In this document: positions 51,736 to 64,000 of the stretch, in pieces
Layout of the letters: each line of letters opens with the position of its first letter
How positions within the stretch are numbered: the stretch's first letter is position 1
Assembly: GCF_009914755.1 (NCBI RefSeq)
Contig: NC_060932.1
DNA from: the human T2T-CHM13v2.0 reference genome, Homo sapiens
Strand: one strand, 5' to 3'
DNA length: 64,000 nt
Position numbers and translations under genes: made by a program
The notes under the pieces: generated by a model
Seen by the model: the letters and a program-made list of their open reading frames with translations, nothing else
Told to the model about the DNA's origin: nothing
Database searches by the model: none

Positions 51736-52208
51736 GGAGAGTGACACCAGCAAGTTGGGTGAGTAAAGAAGCCTAGAATTCTTCCCCCAACAAGAAAGGA
51801 CCAAGTCAATGAATAAACAGCTAAGATTTGACTAGAGTGTCAAAGGCGTGGTGTTAGACTGCAGGAGGTGAGTGGAGATGCACCTGTGGTGATTGCAAGT
51901 CCAGGAGAGAAGCATGGAGGCACCGGCCTCTGCAGCTCCATCTTCCCCACTCAGATCAGATTGGCCTGGACTCAGAAGAGACTTCCCATTATAGGTAAAA
52001 GGTAAGTAAGCAAAAGATTCTTACCAGCCCCCATTGCCACAGCAGATACCTACAGTTTTTACAACAGGCAAATCCCACAGTCCTCACAATTTCTGAGACC
52101 AGTTTGAAGAGCTACTAGGAATTCACACAGCTGCATTGCCCTAGATTAGGAACACAAGGTGTGTGGCTTCCCACCCTGACCAATCCCCTGTGAGCCAAGC
52201 TGCTGCAG
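51736..52208 (+). mobile_element. L1M-type 5' UTR start fragment
   Basis: Begins GGAGAGTGACACCAGCAAGTTGG, a decayed form of the L1 start with its CAAGATGG YY1 box; GC-richer than the flanks. Confidence 0.6.
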
Positions 52209-53422
52209 ATATCTCTTTGATATATTGATTTACTTTCTTTTGGATATGTACTCAGAAATGGAATTGCTGGATCATATGGTGATTTTATTTTTAGTGTTTC
52301 TGAGGAACCTCCGTACTGTTCTTCATAGTGGATATTCTAATTTACATTCCCACCCACAGTGTACAAGGGTTCCTCCTTCTCCATTTTCTCACCAGCATTT
52401 ATTAGATAATAATCTTTTTGAGGAAGGCCATTTTAACTGGTGTGAGATGATATCTATTATAGTTTTGATTTGCATTTCTCTGATGGTTAGTGGTGTTGAG
52501 CACCTTTTCATATACCTGTTGGCCATTTGTTTGTCTTCTTTTGAGAAATATCTAGTCAGATCTTTTGGTTATAAATCCCTTGTCAGATGGATAGTTAGCA
52601 AATATTTTCTTCCATTCCGTGGATTGTCTCTTCACTTTGTTGATGGTTTCTTTTGTTGTGCAGAAGCTTTTCAGTTTGATGTTATACCATTTGTCAGTTT
52701 TCGGTTTTGTTTCCTGTGTTTTTAAGGTCACAGCCCAAAAATCTGCCAAGACCAATGTCTTGGAGCATCCCTTCAATGTTTCTTCTAGTCGTTTCATAGA
52801 TTCAGGTCTTAGACACAAGTCTGTAATTCATTGTGATTTGCCGCTTTTTGTGTATAGTGAGAGATAAGGGTTCTATTTTTATTCTTCTGCATATAGTTAT
52901 CCAGTTTTACCAGCATCATTTATTAAAGACTGTCCTTTCCCTATTGTATGTTCTTAGCACCTTCATTGAAAATGAGTTGGCTGTAAATATCTGGATTTAT
53001 ATCTGAATTCTCTATTCTGTTCTATTGGTATGTGTCTGTTTTTATGCCAGTCTCCTGCTTATTTGGTTACTATAGATTTATGTTAAAATTTGAAGTCAGG
53101 TAGTGTGATGCTTCCAGCTTTGTTCTTTTGGCTTAAAATTGCTCCACCTATGAAGGGTCTTTTGTGGTTCCATATAAATTTTAGGATGTTTTATCTATTT
53201 CTGTGAGAATATCATTGGCATTTTGGTAGGAATTTTGATGAATCTGTAAATTGCTTTGGGTATTATCATTTTCACAATATTCTTCTAATCCATGAGCATG
53301 GAATAACTTCACATTTTTTGTGTGTGTCCTCTTCAATTTCTTTCATCACTGTTTTATTGGTTTTTTTAAATAGATCATTAACTTCTTTGATTAAATTGAT
53401 TCCTATGTATTTTATGTTCTTT

Positions 53423-55975
53423 CTTTTTCTTCTTTCCAACTTTTATTTTAGAGTCAAAGGGTGCACATGCAGGTTTGTTACGTGGGTAAATTACATGTTG
53501 TGGGTGTTTGGTGTACAAATAATTTTGTCACCCAGATAATCAGCATCATATTCAATAGGTAGTTTTTCATTTCTCATCCTCCTCCCACCCTCCACCCTCA
53601 AGTAGGCCCTGGTGTCTATTGTTCCCTTCTTTGTGTCTATGTGTACTCAATGTTTAGCTCACATTTATAAGTGAGAACATGCAACATTTGGTTTTCTATT
53701 CCTGTGTTAATTCTCTTAGGATATTGGCCTCCAGCTCTATTCATTTTGCTGCAAAGGACATGATCCCATTCTTTTTATAGCTGTGTAGTACTCCATGATG
53801 TATATGTACCACATTTTCTTTATTCATCCGACTGTTGATGGGCATCTAGGTTAATTCCAGGTCTTTGTTATTATCAAGAGTGCTGTGATGAACATACGCA
53901 TGCATGTATCTTTATGATAGAACAATTTATATTCCTTTAGGTATATACCCAGTTATGGGATTGCTGAGTCAAATGGTACCTCTATTTTAAGTTCTTTGAG
54001 AAATCTTCAGACTGCTTTCCACAATGGCTGAACTAATTTACGTTCTAACCAGCAGTGTATACATGTTCCCTTTCCTCCACAACCTCACAAGAATCTATTA
54101 TTTTCCACTTTTTAATAATAGCCATTCTGACTGGTGTGAGATAGTATCTCACTGTGGTTGTGATTTGCATTTCCCTAATGATTAGTGATATTGAGCATTT
54201 ATTCCTGTCCTTGTTGCCCACCTGTATGTCTTCTTTTGAGAAGTGTCTGTTCATGTCCTTTGCCCACTTTTTTAATGGGGCTGTTTGGTTTTTGGTTGTT
54301 GATTTGTTTGCAAATATTTTTCTCATTCTGCAGGTTGTGTGTTTACTCTGTTGATAGTTTCTTTTGATGTACCGATGCTTTTTAGTTTAATTAAGTCCCA
54401 CATCAATTTTTGTTTTTGTTGTAATTGCTTTTGGAGTCCTTGTCATGAAGTCTTTGGCAGGGCTAATGTCCAGAATAGTATTTCCTATGTTTCCTTCTTG
54501 GATTTTTATCGTTTTGGGTTTGACATTTAAGTCTTTAATCTCTCTTGAGTTAATTTTTGTATATGGTGAAAAGTTGGGGTCCAGTTTCAATCCTCTGCAT
54601 ATGGCTGGCCAGTTATCCCAGCACCATTTGTTGAACAGGGAGCCCTTTCCCCACTGCTTGTTATTGTTGGCTTTATTGAAGATCAGATGGTTGTAGGTGT
54701 GCACCTTTATTTCTTGGTTCTCTGACTTGTTACATTGGTCTATGTGTCTGTTTTTGGACCAGTACCATGCTTTTTTAGTAACTGTAGCCTTGTAATATAG
54801 TTTGAAATTGGGTAATGTGATGCTCCCAGGTTCGTTCTTTTTCTTTAGGATTGCTTTGGCTATTCAGACTCTTTTTTAGTTCCAAACGAATTTAAGAATA
54901 TTTTTTCAATTTTGTGAAAAATGTCATTGATAGTTTGATAGAAACAGCATTGAATCTGTAAATGTCTTTGGGCAGTATGGCCATTTTAACAATATTGGTT
55001 CTTCCTATCCATGAGCATGGAACGTTTTTCCATTTGTTTGTGTCATCTCTGATTTCTCTGAACAGTGTTTTGTAATTCTCATTGTACAGATATTTCACCT
55101 CCCTGGTTAGCTGTATTTATAGATATTTTATTATTTTGGCTATTTTGAAGCCACAAAAGCATTAGTAGCATTTCTATACACGAGTAATGCCCAAACTGAG
55201 AGCCAATAACTTGATTTGGCTCTCAGCTTGGACATTATTGATGTATAGAAATGCTACTAATTTTTGTACATTAATTTTGTATCCTGAAACTTTGCTGAAG
55301 TTGTTTATCAGATCTAGGAGCCTGTATTAGTCAGGGTTCTCTAGAGGGACAGAACTAATAGGATAGATGTATATATAAATAAACGGGAGTTTATTAAGGT
55401 GTGTTGACTCAGGCAATCACAAGGTGAAGTCCCACAATAGGCCATCTATAAGCTGAGGAGCAAGGAAGCCAGTCCAAGTCCCAAAACTTCAAAAGTAGGG
55501 AAGCCGACAGTGCAGCCTTCAGTCAGTGGTCAAAGGTCCAAGAGTCCAAGAGCTGAAGAACTTGGAGTGTGATGTTCAAGGTCAGGAAGCATCCAACAAT
55601 GTAGACTGGAAGACTAAGCCAGTCTAGTTTTTCCACGTTCCTCTGCCTGCTTTTATCCTAGCCACACTGGCAGCTAATTAGATGATCCCCACCCAGTTTT
55701 GAGGGTGTGTCTGCCTCTCCCAGTCCACTGACGCAAATGTTAATCTCCTTTGGTAACACTCTCACAGACACACCCAGGAACAATACTTTGCATCCTTCAA
55801 TCCAATCAAATTGACACTCAATATTAACCATCACAGAGCCTTTGGGCAGAGACTGTGGGGTTTTCTAGATATAGAATCATATTTTCTGTGAAAAGGAATA
55901 GTTTGACTTCCTCCCTTCCTATTTGGATGCCTGTTATTTCTTTCTCTTGACAGATTGCTCTGGCTAGGACTTCTG
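53423..55975 (-). mobile_element. L1PA15/16-like 5'-truncated LINE-1 nested in an older L1
   Basis: L1PA-type 3'UTR (CCTCCCACCCTCCACCCTCAAGTAGGCCC); 16-bp TSD GTATTTTAT(G/A)TTCTTT at 53407-53422 and 55976-55991. Confidence 0.9.
55323..55835 (-). mobile_element. MLT2A (MLT2A2-like) HERV-L solo LTR
   Basis: TGTATTAGTCAGGGTTCTCTAGAGGGACAGAACT..AATATTAACCATCACA with a perfect 5-bp TSD GAGCC. Confidence 0.94.
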
Positions 55976-56866
55976 GTATTTTATATTCTTTGTAAATTGT
56001 AGCTATTACAAATGGGATTGCTTACTTGATTTCTTTTTTAGATTGTTCACTGTTGGTATGTATAAATGCTACTGATTTTTGTATGTTAATTTTGTATACT
56101 GCAACTTTACTGAATTTATTAGTTACAACAGTTTTTTTGTGAAGTCTTTATGTCTTTCTAAGTATAAGATCATGCTGTCTGTCAAAAAGGCTAATTTGAC
56201 TTTTTCTTTTATAGTTTGGATGCCCCTTTATTACTTTCTCTTGCCTAATTTCTCTGGCCAGGACTTCCAGTATTATGTTGAATAAAACTGGTGAAAGTAA
56301 GCATTCTAGTATTATTTTAAATCTTATAGGAAAGGTCTTAAATGTTTCCCCACTCAGTACAATAACAGACCCTTTAAGGAGACGTGATTTGGAGATACAG
56401 GTTTGCTGGAAACACCACAGGAGGAGAAACAAAGAGGTGCAGTCATCAGATGAAAGCCATATGAATATCCCAGGTGGGGGCTGGCAGTGGATATGTCCAA
56501 ACTTAGAAGTGAATCAGGGGAGCTTTAAAGGCTTGAACCCACTTCAATAGGGCATGTTGGAGCCACAGCCCATCCCTAAGCACAGCACTCCAGATCAGCA
56601 ACTATGGATGAGGTGACTGTGACCTCCCTCAGGTTGCATAAGTAGGGATATATTTATGCCTTTCAAGATGCTGAAGGAACCAGCAACTAGAGGAGAGAAA
56701 AGGGAAAGCTCCATAAAGAGCAAATCATGCCGCCTTCCCGAAGGAAAAAGACTGGGACTGGATAGTTGGATCTTGCCAATGCTGGAGTCATGGGAGGAAT
56801 CTTCAAATTAAATTTGCGAGTTAATTTTTTAAAATGAACAGAAATGAATCCTTTAAAACAAAACAA

Positions 56867-57003
56867 GCCCTGGCAGGGTCATTCATGCCTATAATCTCAG
56901 CACTTTGGGAGGCCAAGGATTAAGGACTGCTTGAGCCTAGGAGTTTGAGACCAACCTGGGCAACATAGTGAGACCTAGTATCTACAAAAAATAAAACAAA
57001 TTA
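56867..57003 (+). mobile_element. Alu left monomer (FLAM/AluJ-like)
   Basis: TCAGCACTTTGGGAGGCCAAGG..GCTTGAGCCTAGGAGTTTGAGACC..GGGCAACATAGTGAGACC. Confidence 0.85.
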
Positions 57004-58192
57004 CCCTTCTTCTGTCTGCAACATCTCTCCAGCTGACAAAAACACAGGGGATCCATCACCTTCACCTCCCAGAAATCACAAACAGCGCTGACCTCCCCCT
57101 GGCCCCACTCCTAACCTGGCAGTCCCTGAGACAGCAGGTCACCCAATTCACTTTCCCCCTGTTTAGGGAGAATAAGAAAGATTGACAAGCCCCTGCTTAA
57201 GCAGACATTTAAAAAATAAGTATCAATCTTCCTTTTCTTTAGACAGCACCAAAACTTATGAAGATTCTTTTGGCACCTCCAGCTCTTTGGGTTGCTGGGA
57301 GCAAAGCGTCTCTCTCTCCCTGCAAACCACCTTCTAAAACAGGCTGCCTTTTCCCCTCTGTGCAGGCAGGCATCAAGTACCCAAAGAAAACAGCTGGCTC
57401 TGAGTGGTCTCTCTCTAGTTAGCCTTTTGGGAAATAGTTGGCCTTAAATATAGATGCTTTCTTGAATTTAAAATTTGAACCATATAATGACTTTTGTTCA
57501 TAATTTTGAGCCACTGAAATTCCAACATGAAAAATTCCAGACAACATTGTATTATTTACACATATATAATCAGTTCAAAAGGCATTTCTAAAATTGTTCT
57601 AATTGTGATAACATAATCTCCATTTAAGCAATAGATTGTCCTACCTGAGAATTCCAAGAAGAGAATTGAAGTGAACCTGAGGAAAGACCATGGGACTTCC
57701 ACCTGCATGTTATGCAGAGGCAGCACTTAACAATGAGTCCTCTGAGGTTAGAGGATTTCCAGGCTCTGTTAGAGGATTATTGTTCTATTTATGCTTCTCA
57801 CCATTTCAACATATGCTCAGCATTGGTTTTACAGGGACCATTTATACTTTACAAACTACATCCAAGAATAAGAGACAGAAAGAAGTTGTAATGAAATGCA
57901 AAATATTATGATTCTCAAATTGTCTGGATTGAGCTTTCAAGAAAACATGCAAAAAAGCAGCAATACCGGCTAATCTTCATTCCTAAAACAATCAAGTGAT
58001 AACGTTTTTAAAGCATCATAATTTGAATGCCCAAAGATTTTTTTAAAAAAATTCAGCTTTACTTATTTTGCTTCTTTCTGCTAATAAAATAAAAATGATT
58101 TATTTAATGTTCATTCTTCTTTTACAAAGTTTGAATGACTGTAGGAATCACATTTTGATAATTTCTTTTGACTGCTACTTGATTTGATCTGA

Positions 58193-58504
<312 letters not shown>

Positions 58505-58834
58505 TGAGACTATTTATTTTAACCATCTACTTAAATAAAAATGTGCAGGACAGGCCATTAGATCTCATCATTGTTCCACTAACTCATCATTTTAAAACAG
58601 CTTCATCTGAGCTTGGGAAACACTGACTTATGTTAAGTAATAGCCTCCCTCTAGTGGATAAAGATGGGAGGAGCAGACTGAGTTTTTTTTGGTTTTTGTT
58701 TTGGATTCCCCAAAAGCTAGACTTTGTTAGATTCAATTTATCAAGGCTCCAGCAAGCAATGTTGAACTTCTTTGTGGTTTAATTTCATCTGCATTGTTGT
58801 ATTTTATTTCCATTATGGTTCTCTTCATCCTTGA

Positions 58835-58955
58835 AGTCATTCAGCTAATAAATATTTATTGGATACCTGCGATGTGTCAGGCACGGTTCCATGCCCTGGA
58901 GATACAGCAGTGAGTGAACAAAACAATTTGAAATCCTGTCTTTGGGAAACTTAAA
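58835..58955 (-). mobile_element. L2 3' end remnant
   Basis: AATAAATATTTATTGGATACCT..TGTGTCAGGCAC..CTGGAGATACAGCAGTGA. Confidence 0.8.
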
Positions 58956-59538
58956 ACAATATTAGATTGTTATCATCATGTGCTTTCTACATGCCAGACT
59001 ATGTACTTAGTTGTTTGCAATTATTATTAAATTGAGTCTTTCCAACAGTCATGTTTGAAAACTGAGAAGCTAAGAAACTTGCCCAAGATCACACAGAAAC
59101 TGACGGACCAGAACACCTCAGGAACTTCTCTGACCATGGGGTCAATTACAGACAACCCAGTAATTCTGAGTGGCCCTGTCTTGATTTTCATTGTGTTATG
59201 CTTTTTTTAATTGTCTGCTTCTCCAACTAACATCATTATAACCCTAGCACCTGAAACCTTCCACTGGGTTCTCCAGAAACACCTGGTTAAATGACTTAAG
59301 GATAATGAAATAAATGAACAAAGAGTCAAACTCTGGACTATTTGACAGCAAAGCCTTTCTCACCGATGTCTCCACTGCCTGCATGAGTGTCCAGAAAACA
59401 GAAAGCAACCCCTTCCTGGATGGCTCAGTTGAATTATTTCAGAGCTATATGTCGACTCCATTTTCTTAAAGAGTAGGTGAAGAAAATGAGTCTAACATAA
59501 GTGAGATCTGATTCTGTGGAAGATTTTTAAATCTTTAG

Positions 59539-60037
59539 CCCTTTTCCTGTTTAGAAAAAAAAAAAAGTGCAGCTCGCTGCCAGTGCTCATTTTATTTTAC
59601 ATAAACTTGCTCTTTGAGGCTGAAGCAAATCTCACTGATTTTCAACATGAAAATACAATGTAAAAATTGTTCTTTGAATTATCTCTAAACAGAACTAATA
59701 TGAAAACTGTCTGAATCATTAAAACTATTTTGGAAAAATCTGATTCATCAAATGAATCTTTGGCCAACAACTGTTCAAGAACAACGGTAGGAATACCATG
59801 TTTTTTTAGGATTTGACATTTTCAGTGAATGAGAATTACTGTATTTTGTACATGGAAATACCACCTCTAAAAACAGAATGCTATAAATAGAATGATGGAT
59901 TTTGCTTCCAAAGTCACTATACTAGAGAGATGTGAAAATAATAATAAAAGTGAGATACTTCATGGAAGTTATCTCGGAGTAAATGCTGCAGCTGTCAGCG
60001 CCACTGGCAATTACTCTCAGGGAGAATGGGAAAGGGG
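59539..60037 (-). mobile_element. MER75 piggyBac-family non-autonomous DNA transposon
   Basis: TIRs CCCTTTTCCTGTT / AATGGGAAAGGGG flanked by TTAG and TTAA (piggyBac TTAA target); internal GTGCAGCTCGCTGCCAG and CAGAATGCTATAAATAGAATGA. Confidence 0.9.
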
Positions 60038-60153
60038 TTAAACAGGTTCTCATTTGCCAACTCTCCTGGGTTTTACCACTAGAAGAATCAGGGAGAAGCT
60101 AAAGGTGCCTTCAACTTTTGGAGGAATGTATTCCCCTGAAAGGGCCTATTCTG

Positions 60154-61790
60154 CTGTGGGCAGCAGGAACTTACCAGAGAGGAATAGATTCAAAACCCGC
60201 TAGAGATATCATCTATTGGAATTTGGCAATGATTAAAGAGATGGTGATGCAGGACCAGATGTGGGAATGAGTTCTTTTGGGGACATGATGAACTTTAAGC
60301 AAGTATAGGAAGTCCAGGTAGAGATGCCCAGAGGGCAGCTGGAAGAGCCACCTGAGTTTGGGAAGGGAGAATTAGGAAGATTAAGAGTTATCTGCTGAGA
60401 GATGATAGTTGACATTGTAGAAGAGGTGACTGCAGAAAGGCAGGAGGATAAGATGATTTAGAAACAATTTTTCCTTAGAGGATCTTCTTAGTGTGGATCC
60501 AACCTATTGGGGAAAGATTTATCAAGGAAGTTGTTATATGAGCTGGACAGAAATGAGCTGCCCTTGCATGTGCAGCAAAACCTGCTGTGAGTAGAATCTA
60601 ATGCCAGTATAAAGGAGCCCGTTTGCATGGTACTATTTTGTTATTCTATAGTAGTTATTTCATCAATCATTATATGCTCTATACCATTACTTGCCACTAA
60701 CCAAGTAACTTGAGAGTGTCATAGCTATCATTCAAATCTATTAATCTTTCTTGGTGTGTTTAAAAGTCATTAGCGTTCTGGCCAATTGCAGAATAGTAAA
60801 TATTGAAAGAGTTGTCTTACCATTTGAAGTGTTTTCTGGCTACAATAAATATTTGTTCAGGTTGTAGCACTGCCTGGGTAATCACTAGGTAAAAAGGCAG
60901 GATCAACTTCCAGTGCTAGAACAAGCAGAAAAAATTACTAGGTGCAGGAACAGGTTTTATGGTGGATCTCTCTTAACCTACTCTTTATGTTTGAATTTTA
61001 AAGAGGAATTATCATTGTCTGCTCACATTACACAATGCACAGTAAAACAAACCAAAAAGAGCAAATGAAAAAGGGCTTATTTTAGGACAACAGTTTTAAA
61101 AAACAAAACAAAACAAAAACCAAAACAGGGTGATCCTGAATATTGCAAATCAAGAGGCCCAGCCTGTCATCCAAACCTCATTAAATTCACAGAAGTGGTT
61201 CTTCCCTCCTTGTCAAGCTTTTTCTGTACACGGAGTTTTGAAAGATAAGCTTGCCAATTGATTCTCTGCAGTTCTTTCTTCATCTCACCCTGATTGTTTT
61301 CTCCAGTCAGATTAGGGTGATAACTGACAACAAACATCTTAATTAGAGAGGTCAAGATATCAGTTTCTGGTAGGTTAAAATGCTCTTAGAGTCACTATTT
61401 TTATTTTGCATGTAACAACCTCTTTGATAAACCTTTCTTCAAGAGGCTAGATTCACACTAAGTAGATGCTCTGAGGATCCTTCGTCTCTGATTTCATCTT
61501 TCTGCTTTAGTGCAAACACCTGTCCTACAGTGTTAACTATCACCTCTCAGCAGACAACTCTGTCTTCCTAATTCTCCTTCCCACACTCAGTTGGCGATTC
61601 CAGCTGCCCTCTGGATATCTCTACCTTAATTTCCTACTCTTACTTGAAGCTCAGCATGTGCCAAAAAGAACTCATCTCCAAATCTGCTCCTGCACCACAA
61701 TGTCCCTAATGATTGCCAAAATCCCATGGATGATATCTCTACCAAGGATTTTTGATCTGTCCCTGTCCTGTGAGTTCCTGCTGCCCACAG
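60154..61790. repeat. Long inverted repeat, arms 60154-60540 and 61409-61790 (partly L2-derived)
   Basis: Hand alignment: 18/18 (60154-60171 vs 61773-61790), 17/17 (60328-60344 vs 61598-61614), 56/69 ungapped (60472-60540 vs 61409-61477). Confidence 0.9.
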
Positions 61791-62370
61791 TCAAGTTGCC
61801 CTCATTCATCATTTCTTGGACTATTATAAAAGCCTTTTAACTGGCTTCTATTATTTCTGAATACACTTCTGTCTGCATGCTGCCATTCATCAATCTCTGA
61901 ATCCGGTGTGCAAGTTGCCATTAATCTCTCTGCTGTTCAACAGCCTTGAGCAGCCCAGCCTGGCATCCAGGACCCTGTGCAATAGGGTGTCTCCCAATAT
62001 GTTCTTAAACCTAAGTGCATGCTCCCTAAACCAGAGTTCTCGCCCTTCCCTAAACTAATCAGTCTTTCCCTGTCTCCCAGGGTTTTCTTATACTATTTCT
62101 TCTTCATGATATGCCAGTCACATCTCTATCTTTCTGGATTTCATCCATTCTTTAAGGCCTTCAAGTTCAAAAGCCAACTTTTCCACAAAGTATTTCCAAT
62201 TCCTCCTGGGAGTTTTCCCTCCAAATCTTTATCACACATTGTTGTCTAATTTCATCAAACCTTCCTTATTTTTTTTCTTGGTATTAGGGTTATTAATATA
62301 ATTTTTATTAATTTATAATGTTTTATTTATTAATAAGACACATTAATTTATGTGTCTTATTCCCCCTATA
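61500..62370 (+). mobile_element. L2 LINE remnant
   Basis: CTGGATATCTCTACC..AAGCTCAGCATGTGCCAAAA..TCATTTCTTGGACTATTATAAAAGCCTTTTAACTGG..CATTCTTTAAGGCC. Confidence 0.7.
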
Positions 62371-62409
62371 CCCACACATCCCCATGCTGGATGTGGTACA
62401 GCAATGAGG

Positions 62410-63354
<945 letters not shown>

Positions 63355-63530
63355 CAGGAAAAAGCAGGTGCTTTGAATCCTAATTCTAACACCTATCTGC
63401 ATAGTCAGGAGTAGTTTCCTTATCCATTCTAGACTTATTTTTTTCTTATTTGTGAGAAGGGAGTAATGCTCAACTTTTTCAAATTAAATTAAATCATGTA
63501 TATTAACTACCAGGTACTCACTAAATGCTC
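63355..63530 (+). mobile_element. MIR remnant
   Basis: TTTGAATCCTAATTCT..TTTCTTATTTGTGAGAAGGGAGTAAT..ATTAAATTAAATCATGTATA..CTCACTAAATG. Confidence 0.5.
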
Positions 63531-64000
63531 CTCTTATTAACTATAATTATCCAGAGGGGGAGCACTCAGCCTTCTCATCTCCAGACCCCTGCAATGCCCT
63601 GCCCATACCTCCAGAAAACAGGTGCTCAGAAGCTTGGTTGAACTGAAGGAATTTGTCTTTAGGTGGGTCCCTTTGCTTAATACTTACCTCAGAATTTAGA
63701 AGCAGTTTGGCAAGCCCTGTGCTGATTGATGGAGCACTAAAGGATATTTCCCCATTAAATTAGTCAGACTTGGGTTTCAGCTGGATGAAAATGGCCCAAT
63801 TCTTGCCCAATTATTATAAAGCTGCTGTTGGTATGATGAAGCCTAGCTGTCATTATGTTTCAGAAAAGATGAAGGCATGTGACAAGTAAGTATTTAAAAA
63901 AGTGAAAACACAGTAAATGCAATGACGCCCAAAAACCTCAATCCTGGTTTCCAAGGCAGAAAGTGGCACTACACTGCGTCCTCTAATGGCTTCTGGGAGT

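Larger units (their letters stand above)
52204..56362 (-). mobile_element. Old L1 (L1MA-type) ORF2 3' half, hosting a nested L1PA and an MLT2A
   Basis: Antisense ORF2 at 52204-53422 and 55976-56362 ([45 protein letters not shown]). Confidence 0.88.

Noticed and set aside
61167-61355. 62-aa ORF in the inverted-repeat spacer
   Set aside because: Non-ATG start, no recognisable domain or splice context, and a length expected by chance.

Overview
Human (primate) non-coding genomic DNA, read by eye with no database search. An AluYb8 at 35429-35731 (a human-specific subfamily) points to Homo sapiens. More than half of the window is recognisable transposon debris: 16 Alu copies or fragments, a decayed ERVL gag-pol internal region, solo LTRs (MST, MLT1, MLT2D, MLT2A, MER52A, MER4A), a near full-length old L1MA, an L1PB1, a rearranged and nested L1 cluster at 49-56 kb, L2/MIR/L3 relics, and hAT and piggyBac non-autonomous DNA transposons. 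I found no credible protein-coding gene, RNA gene, CRISPR array or novel multi-gene system; the supplied ORFs are repeat-derived or chance. The most interesting structures that repeat annotation does not explain are: (i) a ~385-bp-arm inverted duplication at 60154-61790; (ii) an inverted duplication with one internally flipped ~40-bp block at 26.8-28.2 kb; (iii) a fold-back hairpin inside L1 at 55153-55267; (iv) a tail-to-tail scrambled L1; (v) a candidate minus-strand PU.1-type promoter/first exon at ~14.6-14.9 kb. Subfamily names come from recalled consensus sequences, and boundaries without a target-site duplication (TSD) are approximate.
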